A stretch of 64,000 nucleotides of DNA, taken from the NCBI GenBank assembly GCA_016206175.1, contig JACQSB010000028.1, positions 2,313 to 66,312 of the forward strand. The letters run 5' to 3'. The stretch is from Candidatus Uhrbacteria bacterium. GTDB taxonomy: Bacteria > Patescibacteriota > Patescibacteriia > JACQRZ01. Below, piece by piece: positions 1-10,019 of this stretch. Every line of letters begins with the position of its first letter. Position 1 is the stretch's first letter. The notes under the pieces are model-generated. The model was not told the DNA's origin. It was given only the letters and a program-made list of their open reading frames with translations, and did no database searches. The translations under genes and the position numbers were made by a program.

Positions 1-2
1 GC

Positions 3-1559
3 ATGACGCAGCCGCTTGTTATCACACTTCTCTCGCTTGTTGCGTTTGCCACACTTTTCTTTTCGTTGAAGGATGACTCGCAAGTAATCGCCGGAGAGGC
101 GTTTTTTCTTGGATTCGTCACGGCAGTTGTGATCGGTGACATACAGGTACTGACCCTTGTTTACAGTCTGTTGCTGGCCTTTGCGTTGATCGTGGTGGTC
201 GCATACAAACGGTGGCCGGTGATCGGGATCGGAGGAATGGCGGGGAGTTACAGCTTGTATTTGGTATGGAGTGCCAATACTACGCAATCTTTTGGAGTTG
301 CATTTACGTTTCTTGTCATCTACTTTCTTGCGTACACTATTCAGACATTTCTTCTGGCGCGCAATAACCCCTCTCAAATACAACAGATCAGCAACGTCAT
401 CTTGATGGTGATTAATGCCGAATTTTTTGCTGTGTTGAGTTTTGAGCTAATCCGCAGATTACAACCTGAATACGATGCGCTTTTATTCGCCGGACTGTCG
501 CTATTTTATTTCGCCTTCTCTTTTATTGCTCGTTCCCTTCGCGATTCAAAACTTTCGATAGCCAGTTTTGCGCTCGCGGTTTCCTTTTTGGCATTTGCCA
601 TCCTTTTCCACTTTGAAGGCGCGTGGATTACCGTTCTGTGGTCAGCGCTTGCAGCGGTTCTGATGCTTCTGTGGAGCCGCTATCGTTATCGGACGTTATT
701 TTACACTGCAAGCGGGGTTGCAGTTGCCACAGTGATAAAAGTTATCTTTTATGACAGCTGGATGCTACATTCTTTTGATTGGGCGTCATCACTGCAGGAT
801 TCCCGTGGGCTTGCTTTCTTGTCGCTCGCGTTTGGTTCTGTGTTGATTTTATACCTCTTGCACACCAAGAGCACGCGTTCACAAGAAGAGACGATCGCTC
901 TGCATTCCTCTGCATGGATAGGGGTTGCAAGTATGGTTTTAATCGCGCAACTCGAGTTTGCCTATTATCCGCACCTAACTAGTCTCGTCTGGGCAGCCGT
1001 TGCGCTTCTCCTACTCCATCTGTACTTCAACAAAGGATATGCCGAGCTCCAGTATCAAGGGATAGCGTTATCTAGTATTCTTGCGCTTAAGATACTACTT
1101 ACGGATTCTTTTCTGGTAAAAATGAGTCTCGGGGTTAATTGGCGAGTCTTTGCGTATCTCGCGGGTATTCTCCTGTTTTACGGGATGTCGTTTTACCTCA
1201 ACTCCTTGCGGCAACGACTTCAGAAGATAGATGCATACCTCATCGAAGCGTTCAGTGTGGCCGGTACGCTCCTGCTCTCCTTTTTGACACTTCTCGAATT
1301 AAAAGAATACTGGATATCGATTGCGTGGGGGGCGGTGGGGCTCATCCTCTTGCTGATGGGATTTGCACAGAGGAGACGATATCTCCGTTATCAGGGATTG
1401 ATCTTATTTGGTTTTACTGTGGTAAAGGCTTTTTTGTACGATACGCGAGAGCTGCCTGTCATCTACCGAACGATATCATTTATCGCATTAGGAGGTGTAT
1501 TTATTGCAACGTCTTTCATTTACTCGAAGTTCAAGGATAAGATCAAAGAGATTTTGTAG
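3..1559 (+). CDS. Polytopic integral membrane protein (DUF2339-like), possibly 5'-truncated by the window edge
   Basis: The 518-aa ORF starts at nt 3 and is almost entirely hydrophobic helices. The family assignment is from recall only. Confidence 0.5.
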   Translation: MTQPLVITLLSLVAFATLFFSLKDDSQVIAGEAFFLGFVTAVVIGDIQVLTLVYSLLLAFALIVVVAYKRWPVIGIGGMAGSYSLYLVWSANTTQSFGVAFTFLVIYFLAYTIQTFLLARNNPSQIQQISNVILMVINAEFFAVLSFELIRRLQPEYDALLFAGLSLFYFAFSFIARSLRDSKLSIASFALAVSFLAFAILFHFEGAWITVLWSALAAVLMLLWSRYRYRTLFYTASGVAVATVIKVIFYDSWMLHSFDWASSLQDSRGLAFLSLAFGSVLILYLLHTKSTRSQEETIALHSSAWIGVASMVLIAQLEFAYYPHLTSLVWAAVALLLLHLYFNKGYAELQYQGIALSSILALKILLTDSFLVKMSLGVNWRVFAYLAGILLFYGMSFYLNSLRQRLQKIDAYLIEAFSVAGTLLLSFLTLLELKEYWISIAWGAVGLILLLMGFAQRRRYLRYQGLILFGFTVVKAFLYDTRELPVIYRTISFIALGGVFIATSFIYSKFKDKIKEIL

Positions 1560-1577
1560 CAGCCATTCAGCAGTCGT

Positions 1578-1796
1578 ATGCGCATTATGGTGCTCTCAAA
1601 ACCGCGAGCAACAAAGCAATCTCTCCGAAAGAATGACGATGGCACGTTTACCATTGCGGTCCGCGAGCCGGCAGTGGACGATCGGGCGAATACGGCGATC
1701 CGAAAAGTGCTTGCCGAGTATCTTGGTATAGCACCATCCACGCTGCGGCTTGTCCGGGGCCAGAAGTCGCGTGAGAAAGTGTTTGAAATTTCGTAG
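1578..1796 (+). CDS. DUF167/YggU-family small protein
   Basis: 72 aa with an ATG start. The sequence pattern (AVREPAVDDRANTAIRKVLAEYLGI...V.L.RG..SR.K) is typical of UPF0235/YggU. Confidence 0.7.
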   Translation: MRIMVLSKPRATKQSLRKNDDGTFTIAVREPAVDDRANTAIRKVLAEYLGIAPSTLRLVRGQKSREKVFEIS

Positions 1797-1816
1797 GGAA
1801 AGGGTATAATGGGTTG

Positions 1817-2224
1817 ATGCAAAAGAAATCTCCACGCAAAATCGAAAGAAGCACGCGCGTGCGACGCTCTCTTCTCGCGTTATTTGAGCGCACGCCACAT
1901 CCCGTATCGGCCCCCGAGATCATCGAGCAGCTAGTGCAAGAGGGGATTGCAGCCAACAAGACAACGATCTACCGCCAGCTCGAGTCGCTGCAGACGAAAG
2001 GAGTAGTGCAGGAAATCCCGATAGCCGGTCATGCGCTGCACTATGAGCTTGCCAAACAAAAAAGCCACCACCATCATCTTATCTGTATCAGATGCCATCG
2101 CAAGCAGGACATTCACATTAACGAAGATTTCAAACGCCACGAGCGTTCCATAAAAAAGAATCGGCAGTTTGTCGTAACGCACCACTCGTTGGAGTTCTAC
2201 GGCTACTGTAAAAAATGCCAGTAG
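1817..2224 (+). CDS. Fur-family metal-responsive transcriptional regulator
   Basis: Winged-helix N-terminus (TIYRQLESLQTKGVV), an HHHH..CIRC motif and a C-terminal CKKC. The first ATG is at 1817; the track start at 1814 is TTG. TATAAT at 1804-1809 lies 7 nt upstream. Confidence 0.8.
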   Translation: MQKKSPRKIERSTRVRRSLLALFERTPHPVSAPEIIEQLVQEGIAANKTTIYRQLESLQTKGVVQEIPIAGHALHYELAKQKSHHHHLICIRCHRKQDIHINEDFKRHERSIKKNRQFVVTHHSLEFYGYCKKCQ

Positions 2225-2236
2225 CAGAGACCTCGT

Positions 2237-3367
2237 ATGCGTTTCACCTTTTTGAAATTGCTTTTTGTTATCGGTATTGCCGTAAGCATTACGCTGCCGC
2301 AATACGCCACTGCACAAGAGTCAGGGCAGGAAGATATTTATTCGCGCGCGCGTGTTTTGCGGCTCTTGCAAAAAGGAGAGCCTGACGCTCTTGCGTACAG
2401 CGCCATCGTACAGCAAGTGAGGGTCCGCATGATTTCCGGCCTCGAAAAAGGAAAAGAAGTGACAGCGCAAAATACCATCGTATCGCGGCAGGATGCGACC
2501 GCATCGCTCGTAGCAGGCGACGAGGTGATCGTGCTAGCTTCACGTGCCGGCGGCGGTGACGTGGACTATTACGTCGTGGACTACAATCGTACCATGCCGC
2601 TTACGCTTATCTTTCTCCTTTTTATTGGCCTTGGCATTATCTTTGGGCGCCGGCATGGGTTGAGCGCGCTTTTCGGCCTTGGTATCAGTCTCGCCATACT
2701 TGCTTACTTTATTGTTCCGCAGATCATTCACGGGCGGGACCCGCTCCTTGTGAGTCTTGTCGGTTCCTTTTCTATCGCGTTTCTTTCCATTGTTGTCGCG
2801 CACGGCATTAAAAAACGTACGATAGTCGCTCTGATAAGCACCTTCATCACGCTCGGCAGCGCCGCCGGCTTTGCCATATTGTTTGTGCGCACTGCTCGTC
2901 TTTTTGGCACCGGCACAGAGGAAGCGGTGCTGCTTCAGCTGGGGCCTCTGGAAAATATCAATATTCAAGGATTGTTACTCGGCGGTATCTTGATCGGAAC
3001 GCTCGGCGTACTTGACGATATCACCACGGCGCAAGCGGCGGCAATCGATGAATTGAAAAAAGCAAATCCATCACTTGATTTTCGCGCTCTGTACCGCCAT
3101 GGCATTGATATCGGCCGCGAGCATATTGCAGCTCTGATTAACACCCTCGTGCTTGCTTATGCTGCCGTATCGCTGCCCATGTTTCTCCTTTTCTCGCTGT
3201 ATCGCACGCAGCCCATCTGGGTGGTGTTGAGCAGCGATCGCGTCGCGGAAGAAATCATTCGTACGCTTGTCGGCAGTAGCGCTCTCATCTTGGCTGTGCC
3301 TATCACGACGGTATTAGCCGCATGGTTATTTTCACGGAAACGCGCTATTCTTCCTGCAAAGGAATAA
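2237..3367 (+). CDS. YibE/F-family membrane protein
   Basis: Signal-like N-terminus, a soluble roughly 110-aa domain and then a multi-TM body. The layout and sequence resemble the YibE/F family. Confidence 0.65.
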   Translation: MRFTFLKLLFVIGIAVSITLPQYATAQESGQEDIYSRARVLRLLQKGEPDALAYSAIVQQVRVRMISGLEKGKEVTAQNTIVSRQDATASLVAGDEVIVLASRAGGGDVDYYVVDYNRTMPLTLIFLLFIGLGIIFGRRHGLSALFGLGISLAILAYFIVPQIIHGRDPLLVSLVGSFSIAFLSIVVAHGIKKRTIVALISTFITLGSAAGFAILFVRTARLFGTGTEEAVLLQLGPLENINIQGLLLGGILIGTLGVLDDITTAQAAAIDELKKANPSLDFRALYRHGIDIGREHIAALINTLVLAYAAVSLPMFLLFSLYRTQPIWVVLSSDRVAEEIIRTLVGSSALILAVPITTVLAAWLFSRKRAILPAKE

Positions 3368-3376
3368 TACATCTCC

Positions 3377-3733
3377 ATGGCACAGTACGAACATCTTGTT
3401 TCCTTTTTTCTGCGCAGCGGCCTTGCTGTTGGTTTTTTGTATGCCGCGCTTTCATCGTTTCTCGACCCGAATGCCTGGGTCGGGTTTTTGCCGATCGAAG
3501 TTCGGGCAGTAATATCGGGACAAGCCTTACTTGCCCTTTTTTCCTTGTATGAAATCGCGTTGTCGCTCTGGCTTTTGTCTGGCCGAGCAGTGCGCAATGC
3601 GGCGCGGGCATCGATTGCAACCATGACCTTGATCATTATATTTAATCTACCCTCGCTTGATATCGTATTTCGCGATTTAGTCATCCTGGCAGCCGCCGCC
3701 GCGCTCCTGGCGCATAGCTCAAAACGTGCATGA
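3377..3733 (+). CDS. Small 4-TM membrane protein (DoxX-like, tentative)
   Basis: 118 aa, hydrophobic, and overlaps the next gene by ATGA. The family call is weak. Confidence 0.4.
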   Translation: MAQYEHLVSFFLRSGLAVGFLYAALSSFLDPNAWVGFLPIEVRAVISGQALLALFSLYEIALSLWLLSGRAVRNAARASIATMTLIIIFNLPSLDIVFRDLVILAAAAALLAHSSKRA

Positions 3734-4146
3734 TTTTTTTTACCACTTTTTTAGGGCTGGGAATCCTTGGGTTGATCGATGCGGGCTATCTCGTGTTTCG
3801 TCGCACGCAAAAAAAGCCATTGGTTTGTCCCCTTGACCACGATTGTAGCAAGGTGACGGAGAGCCGGTGGTCACGCGTGCTCGGCGTACGCAATGAATAC
3901 TTGGGCGTCCTTTTTTATGCCGGCATGGTTGCTGCCATCCTCGGTGCATTGCTTTTGCCCGTGTGGCGGCCAGCATTTGTGCTACTCGTCTTTATCGGGA
4001 CGAGCATCGGCGTATTGTATTCTGCATTCCTTGTTGCGGTGCAGTTTCTTTTGATTAAAGATTACTGCTTCTACTGCCTCGTTTCAGCAGGCATCACCTT
4101 TTTGCTGTTTGTAAACAGCATTACTTTGTTGAGTAGTGTACACTAA
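3730..4146 (+). CDS. Vitamin K epoxide reductase (VKOR) family thiol oxidoreductase
   Basis: Four TM segments, loop cysteines (CPLDHDC) and a CFYC redox motif in the last TM region. Confidence 0.75.
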   Translation: MIFFTTFLGLGILGLIDAGYLVFRRTQKKPLVCPLDHDCSKVTESRWSRVLGVRNEYLGVLFYAGMVAAILGALLLPVWRPAFVLLVFIGTSIGVLYSAFLVAVQFLLIKDYCFYCLVSAGITFLLFVNSITLLSSVH

Positions 4147-4149
4147 CAG

Positions 4150-5154
4150 CTACGATACGCGGAGGTATACCGTTTTGACACGCGCTTTTTGTAAAGCAGT
4201 TTTTAATGCGAGATTGATGTCTTGCTGTACGTCCATGAAGCGCGTGTAATTCGGACTTTTCAGATAATAGACCACTTCAAAATTCAGGGAAGAATCTCCG
4301 AAAGAAAGAAAATGCGCGCGGCTAAATCGTACATCTTCAAACACGCCGAGAGTTTCTTTTACGATTGCCGGCACGCCTTTGACAGTCTTGGTCGGCGTAT
4401 CGAATGCGATGCCCAAGGTGAAGAGCACGCGGCGTTCCCGCATTTTTTTGAAGTTGCGAATTTGCGCTTTGAGCAGGTCTTGATTGGCAATCACGATTTC
4501 TTCCCCTTGGACACCTCGAATGCGCGTGGTTTTTAAGCCGATGCGTTCAACCGTACCCATCTTGTCGCCGGCGACAATAAAGTCGCCGACAGTAAAAGGT
4601 TTGTCAAAATAGATCGCAAAAGAGCTGAACAGGTCGCCAAGGATGTTTTGGATAGCCAGCGCAACCGCGATACCGCTGATCCCGAGACCTGCGACAAGCG
4701 ATGTGATATTGACGCCGAGGTTGGAGAGCACCATAAGTGCGCCGATCACCCAGATGGCAACCTGGATCGCTTTGCCGGCGATGTCAAGGAACGCCCGTGT
4801 TTCGCCTGGCTCTTTCTTTGCGCGCAATTCAACAAAAGCTCGGATGATGACATTTGATGATATCACTGCCTGGATCGTCACTGTGCTGACAAGGATCGAG
4901 TAGGCAATCGTACGGGTGATGCCTTCCGGACCATAGAGATACGCAACTACGCTTGCCGCCGCAATAATGACAACTGATTCCTTGATCGATTGGAGAGCTT
5001 CTATGATCAGGTCATCGAGCTGCGTTATTGTCTTTGGTGCAGTATGTTTGATTGTTCGCAGCGCAACTGCTTTGAGAAAAAAGTATACGGCAACAATTGC
5101 GAGAAATACTCCCGCAGCTTGCATATAATCCGTTATCGGTATCCCGAATACCAT
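4150..5154 (-). CDS. mscS: Small-conductance mechanosensitive channel (MscS family)
   Basis: N-terminal TM helices followed by the MscS beta-domain signature (FDKPFTVGDFIVAGDKMGTVERIGLKTTRIR). Confidence 0.8.
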   Translation of the reverse strand: MVFGIPITDYMQAAGVFLAIVAVYFFLKAVALRTIKHTAPKTITQLDDLIIEALQSIKESVVIIAAASVVAYLYGPEGITRTIAYSILVSTVTIQAVISSNVIIRAFVELRAKKEPGETRAFLDIAGKAIQVAIWVIGALMVLSNLGVNITSLVAGLGISGIAVALAIQNILGDLFSSFAIYFDKPFTVGDFIVAGDKMGTVERIGLKTTRIRGVQGEEIVIANQDLLKAQIRNFKKMRERRVLFTLGIAFDTPTKTVKGVPAIVKETLGVFEDVRFSRAHFLSFGDSSLNFEVVYYLKSPNYTRFMDVQQDINLALKTALQKARVKTVYLRVS

Positions 5155-5343
5155 CGTTATAAAAATAATTTACAGACTTTGAAATCAATCATACCATAAT
5201 ACATGCTATGCGCAAAGTAACTATCGATTACCTCGACAGCAAAGAGATACGCATTCTCTTACGCACCTATTTTCCGCCGCCGTTAGCATTTTTTTGGCAC
5301 TATCTCTATGGCCGCAGGGCCAGTGACAAAACGCATACGTGTC

Positions 5344-6642
5344 TCAAACACCGGCAGCGGTTGTGGAGTGTAACATTGGTTCAAATTGAATCGGAAGGAG
5401 ACTCTTGCAGCGTTGGAATTTTTCCAAGAGTTCTTTCTGCGACTGTGCACCGATGTTGATGAGCCCGTAGCGGTAGCTCATGCCGTCTTGTATTTCTTCT
5501 GAAAGCGTATGATCGATAGAGCCAAATAGCTCAATACGCGCATCAGGCTCAGCTGCAAAGAGATGCTCTTTGTCGGTTTGCGTCGGCAAAGCGCGTACGA
5601 TGGAATCTTCAAATGTTCGGAGCACGCAGCTTGCAGCGATCGCGTAGTGGCCTTGATACGGCTCCCATTGCGGCCGTATGCCGCAGCACAGATCGAGAAG
5701 AATGGCATATGTGTTGACGCCATGCACTTTCTCGAACAGGTCAGCAAATTGCGACGAGAGCCGCGTGTTTACCTCAATGATCTTGATATCATCAGATGCG
5801 GGGTTGTACATCATCTCGATGTTCACCATGGCATTGTGATAACCGATCGCGCGCAGAAATGTCTGCGCGATATCTGTCATGCGCGAGCAAACTTTTTCGG
5901 AAAGAGCAGACGGAAACTCAAACCGTTGAAACGAATGTGTGTCGGGAAACATGATGGAATCCACTACGCCGATTAAAGTAAATGTCCCCTCGAACATATA
6001 CCCTTCCACTGTCACTTGGTGTCCTTCGAGAATTTCTTCTCCGATCAAGTAGTTCGCAGAAAGAGGATGGTCGGAATATCTCGCAAGGAGCTCATTGAAT
6101 GGCTGGAGTTTTGTACGGAAGTGTTGGTGTGATTGTTGAATGACAGCATTGAGCTGCCGGTCAGACGATACTTTTCTACTCAAAATGGAAAAGAACGATT
6201 TTACCGGCTTCACGAAAAAAGGATAGGGGAGTGGTGAGGTGTCGGGCGGCTGTGCCGATCCGACACCTCGCGTGGAGGACGGATCGATGAGGAAATACCG
6301 CGGTGCGGCGTGTGGAACCGTGCGTGTTTGCAATTCCCGCGATCGGTATTTGTGTTGGCATCCAAGGATGACAACAGGATCGGTATGAGGCAGGCAGCAT
6401 GCGCGGGCGGCGATATGCGAGATGATAGAACCCGGATAATCGTCACTGGAAATGATACCGTCTGGACGGTGCACTTGGCACCAACGGATCGTGCTTGCAA
6501 TGAGCGCATTCACATCAAGCGTATCAAGATATTCACTTGTGTCATCTCCGAGAAAGGATATGCCTACGCCATGCGCATCAGCGATACGGCCGAGCTCCCG
6601 CCTATCCCGCTCTGTTGGGCTTACGACAGCAATGTGTTTCAT
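5344..6642 (-). CDS. ATP-grasp domain ligase, substrate unknown
   Basis: 432 aa with a pre-ATP-grasp Rossmann-like N-terminus and an ATP-grasp core (FFVKP...EGY..G......IEVNTR). Confidence 0.6.
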   Translation of the reverse strand: MKHIAVVSPTERDRRELGRIADAHGVGISFLGDDTSEYLDTLDVNALIASTIRWCQVHRPDGIISSDDYPGSIISHIAARACCLPHTDPVVILGCQHKYRSRELQTRTVPHAAPRYFLIDPSSTRGVGSAQPPDTSPLPYPFFVKPVKSFFSILSRKVSSDRQLNAVIQQSHQHFRTKLQPFNELLARYSDHPLSANYLIGEEILEGHQVTVEGYMFEGTFTLIGVVDSIMFPDTHSFQRFEFPSALSEKVCSRMTDIAQTFLRAIGYHNAMVNIEMMYNPASDDIKIIEVNTRLSSQFADLFEKVHGVNTYAILLDLCCGIRPQWEPYQGHYAIAASCVLRTFEDSIVRALPTQTDKEHLFAAEPDARIELFGSIDHTLSEEIQDGMSYRYGLINIGAQSQKELLEKFQRCKSLLPIQFEPMLHSTTAAGV

Positions 6643-6719
6643 AAGAGATCTGCAAGCTAGCTTATCATTCCCCTTTTACTGGGCAAGTGGTATACTTTGA
6701 ATTTGTTAAATAAATAGAT

Positions 6720-7493
6720 ATGGAACAGCTTGATCCCCTATTTGTAGTTTACGCTTTTGTGGCAGGGATACTGACCTTTTTTGCTCCATGCACCTTGCCG
6801 CTTGTGCCGGCATACCTGGGATTTATCAGCGGCGTATCACCCACTGACTTTGCAGATCCGGCAAAAGCGCGCATAGCAAGGAAGAGAGTATTTTTGCATT
6901 GTTTGTTGTTTGTAGTCGGATTCAGTGCGGTATTTATTTTTTTTGGGACACTCATCGGCCTTGGCGGCATTGCGCTTACAAAATACCGGCCCGTTCTCCA
7001 GCAGGCAGGCGGCGTGCTTGTGATTTTTTTCGCGCTCTATTTGCTTGGCGTGCTGCGGCTGCCATTTTTACGATTTTTGGACAGCGAAAAACATTTTCCA
7101 CTCACGCGCATATTGAAGCCCGGCAAGCCATGGAATTCTTTTCTTTTTGGTGCTGCATTTGCATCAGGATGGACGCCATGTATCGGTCCCATTCTTGGTA
7201 GTATTCTGACAGCTGCAGCGACATCGACGCAAGTATGGCAAGGAGCAGGACTGCTGACGATTTATTCTCTTGGGTTGGGCGTTCCATTTTTGCTTGTTGC
7301 AGTTGGGATCGGTTCGACAAATACGTATCTTGTAAAGACGCAGCGGTTTTTGCCATGGGTATCCGTAATCGGCGGGATTTTTTTGCTTGTGTTGGGAATC
7401 CTCATCGTTACGAACAATATGAACATTTGGACAGGATTTTTCTATCGGAATCTCAATATCTTGCATTACGAACGGTTGCTGGATTATCTCTAA
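6720..7493 (+). CDS. ccdA: Cytochrome c-type biogenesis/thiol-disulfide transporter CcdA (DsbD family)
   Basis: Six TM segments with the conserved FFAPCTLPLVPAYLGFISG and WTPCIGPILG motifs. Confidence 0.8.
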   Translation: MEQLDPLFVVYAFVAGILTFFAPCTLPLVPAYLGFISGVSPTDFADPAKARIARKRVFLHCLLFVVGFSAVFIFFGTLIGLGGIALTKYRPVLQQAGGVLVIFFALYLLGVLRLPFLRFLDSEKHFPLTRILKPGKPWNSFLFGAAFASGWTPCIGPILGSILTAAATSTQVWQGAGLLTIYSLGLGVPFLLVAVGIGSTNTYLVKTQRFLPWVSVIGGIFLLVLGILIVTNNMNIWTGFFYRNLNILHYERLLDYL

Positions 7494-7494
7494 A

Positions 7495-8772
7495 TTAGCG
7501 TTCGAGTAACGCGAGCGATTCGATGTGCGGCGTGCGGGGAAAGAAATTATAGCCTTCTACTGCGGTAAGCCGATAGGCATCTGCAAGAGTGGCAATGTCT
7601 CGCGCCTGTGTTAGCGGGTTGCAGGAGAGGTATATGATGCGCCTCGGTTTTTCTAAGAGCAGATTTTTTATTACATCTGGATGTAAGCCGCTTCGTGGCG
7701 GATCAAGGATGACAGTGCTCTCCGGCGTAAAGACGCCCGATACTTTTTCTGTCAGTGATTCAATAATACTAGCATCGCGTTTGCCGGAGAGCGTTGCATA
7801 CTGCTTGGCAAGTGCAACTGAAACAGGATTTGATTCAATGAGCACCACGCGGTTTATCGGCGAAGTCAATCCGATCACCCCAATGCCAGCATACGCGTCG
7901 ATGAGAGAAGGGGAGTCAGCGCACCATTCGTGGATGCGCGCAAGCGCGCGCTCGAAAAGAGGCAAGTTCCCTTGCAAAAATGAAAAAAGTGACCATAAAA
8001 ATGATTGTCCGTTGATTGAGTCTGACACCTGTTGCGTACCGAAGCGTGCAAGCAGCTCTGTCGGCACTGAAGCAGGGGAGTGTTTGTCAGAATAATAGAT
8101 TTCAAGCCCGGTAACGAATGTTTGGGAAAATATGCTTTCATAATCACGGCGTTCTCGGTCGGTGACGAATAATCCGGCAAGCGTATCGCCGCTTGAATTG
8201 CATCTGACTATCAGGCTCTTCAGGGAGGTTCGTGGAATCCCCGTCTTTTGGATACCTTGTAATAGATTGTGCGACACATCAATGATAGATTTGTTGGCAA
8301 GGATGCAGGATTGTATCGGGATCGGCGCACGGACGCCGCGTCGACGCAACGCGAGATGCATTTCATCGCCATCAGCATAGAAGCCGTATTCCATTTTGTT
8401 GCGATAGTGCAATATCGAATGATCTGTAATCAGCGGGATTTGATCGACCACTAAACCGTACTGTGCATACAACTCATAGAGTGATTGTTTTTTCCATTGT
8501 ATCTCTGTTTCTGCGCTTACGATCTGCCAGGGTGAGCAGCTCATGAAGTGGTCTTCTTGCGGTGCAACTCGCAATGGAGATGGTTGGATGATTTCTTCGG
8601 CAACGCCAAGTAATTCCGGCCGTTTTTTTATTACGCGTGCGCGTACAGTCTCTCCGGGGATCGCTCCCCATACGCACATCGGCTGTCCGGTATCCGTACT
8701 GCCTGTCCCATATCCCTGCGGAGCAATATGAGTAATGTGCGCTTGCCGATATGGTACTTTTTTCGTTATCAT
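7495..8772 (-). CDS. TrmA/RumA-type SAM-dependent RNA (uracil-5)-methyltransferase
   Basis: DAYAGIGVIGL (motif I), ILDPPRSGL and the catalytic YLSCNP, with an N-terminal TRAM-like region. Confidence 0.8.
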   Translation of the reverse strand: MITKKVPYRQAHITHIAPQGYGTGSTDTGQPMCVWGAIPGETVRARVIKKRPELLGVAEEIIQPSPLRVAPQEDHFMSCSPWQIVSAETEIQWKKQSLYELYAQYGLVVDQIPLITDHSILHYRNKMEYGFYADGDEMHLALRRRGVRAPIPIQSCILANKSIIDVSHNLLQGIQKTGIPRTSLKSLIVRCNSSGDTLAGLFVTDRERRDYESIFSQTFVTGLEIYYSDKHSPASVPTELLARFGTQQVSDSINGQSFLWSLFSFLQGNLPLFERALARIHEWCADSPSLIDAYAGIGVIGLTSPINRVVLIESNPVSVALAKQYATLSGKRDASIIESLTEKVSGVFTPESTVILDPPRSGLHPDVIKNLLLEKPRRIIYLSCNPLTQARDIATLADAYRLTAVEGYNFFPRTPHIESLALLER

Positions 8773-8807
8773 ACAAGTATTCTATAATGTATCATTATCA
8801 TATTTTT

Positions 8808-9467
8808 ATGAAAAATAAAGGAGAGGTTCCGCCAATCGTATTGGCATCTGCCTCGCCGAAACGCAAAGAGCTTTTGGAGATGATCGGCCTTTCCATCATC
8901 GTCGATCCGAGCGATTGCGCTGAAACAAAAAAGAAAGGTGAATCTCCTCTCGCATTTGTACGGCGTGTGTCACTGGACAAGGCGCGGTGTGTTGCCGCGC
9001 GCCATCCCAACTCGCTGATCATTGCGGCAGACACTATTGGTGCTATTGGCAGGCAGATTTTTGGGAAAGCTGGTAATGTGATAGAGGCGCGCGCGACAAT
9101 TCAAAAATTGAGTGGCCGCACACATCTTGCAATCACTGGCACAACCATTATTGATACTACGAAATGCAAAGAACAGACATTTACTACACAGACGCGCGTG
9201 ACATTTCGCAGAATACTGCCTGACGAGCTAGAGTGGTTTCTTGATTCTGGAGAATGGCGCGGTAAAGCAGCTTGCTATACGCTTGTTGGCAAGGCAGCTA
9301 CGTTTATTCAAAAAATAGATGGCGATATCGGTACCGTGCTTGGCCTGTCGTTAAGTCAGCTTACACGACAACTTCGAAAGATGGGATACAGCATGCAGGG
9401 TTTAGCCTCCCCGGAATATGTCATCTCGAACGTTAACTCGCCAAACGTTAACTCTCCATTAGAATAG
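8808..9467 (+). CDS. maf: Maf-like nucleoside triphosphate pyrophosphatase
   Basis: The LASASPKRKELL N-terminal signature fixes the start at the internal ATG 8808. The track ORF from 8751 would overlap the divergent methyltransferase gene. Confidence 0.8.
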   Translation: MKNKGEVPPIVLASASPKRKELLEMIGLSIIVDPSDCAETKKKGESPLAFVRRVSLDKARCVAARHPNSLIIAADTIGAIGRQIFGKAGNVIEARATIQKLSGRTHLAITGTTIIDTTKCKEQTFTTQTRVTFRRILPDELEWFLDSGEWRGKAACYTLVGKAATFIQKIDGDIGTVLGLSLSQLTRQLRKMGYSMQGLASPEYVISNVNSPNVNSPLE

Positions 9468-9473
9468 CTTTGT

Positions 9474-10019
9474 ATGTTGCCACCGGGCCATATCGCAGGC
9501 GGGTACCTTGCGGCACGAGCATTTCTGACTGTAGTGAGGCCGGATTTATCTGATCAGCAAATCTCCACTCTGATATGGATTGGCGTATTTTTTGCTTTCG
9601 CGCCTGATCTTGATATGTTCGTTTCATTTTTTCGCCAAGGCGCAGTGCGCTTAGGCGAACAAGAAAAGAACCATCGGTACCTTGTCACCCATACGCCGAT
9701 CTTTTGGCTTGCGGCGAGTTTTTGTGCTGCATTGGTGCTGCCAAAACCATACGGATGGTATGCCGGCATGATGGTTTTTTTGGGGGCAGGAAGCCATCTT
9801 TTGTTTGATTCTATTCAGTTTGGCATCCGGTGGCTCTACCCATTTACGAAACGCGTGTTTGCTTTACGCGATCGCGAAGTGGAATTTCATCTCCCGCCGA
9901 AAAGATTTTTCCCTCATTGGGCAGATATGGTGACTATGTATATGCGGCGGTTTACGCTTACGTTTGTCTGTGAGCTCTGCGTGATTGCTCTAGCTGTTTA
10001 TGTTTTTATTTTTATATGA
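9474..10019 (+). CDS. Membrane-bound metal-dependent hydrolase-like protein (DUF457/YdjM-like)
   Basis: 181 aa, several TM segments and conserved His/Asp positions. The family call is from recall. Confidence 0.45.
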   Translation: MLPPGHIAGGYLAARAFLTVVRPDLSDQQISTLIWIGVFFAFAPDLDMFVSFFRQGAVRLGEQEKNHRYLVTHTPIFWLAASFCAALVLPKPYGWYAGMMVFLGAGSHLLFDSIQFGIRWLYPFTKRVFALRDREVEFHLPPKRFFPHWADMVTMYMRRFTLTFVCELCVIALAVYVFIFI

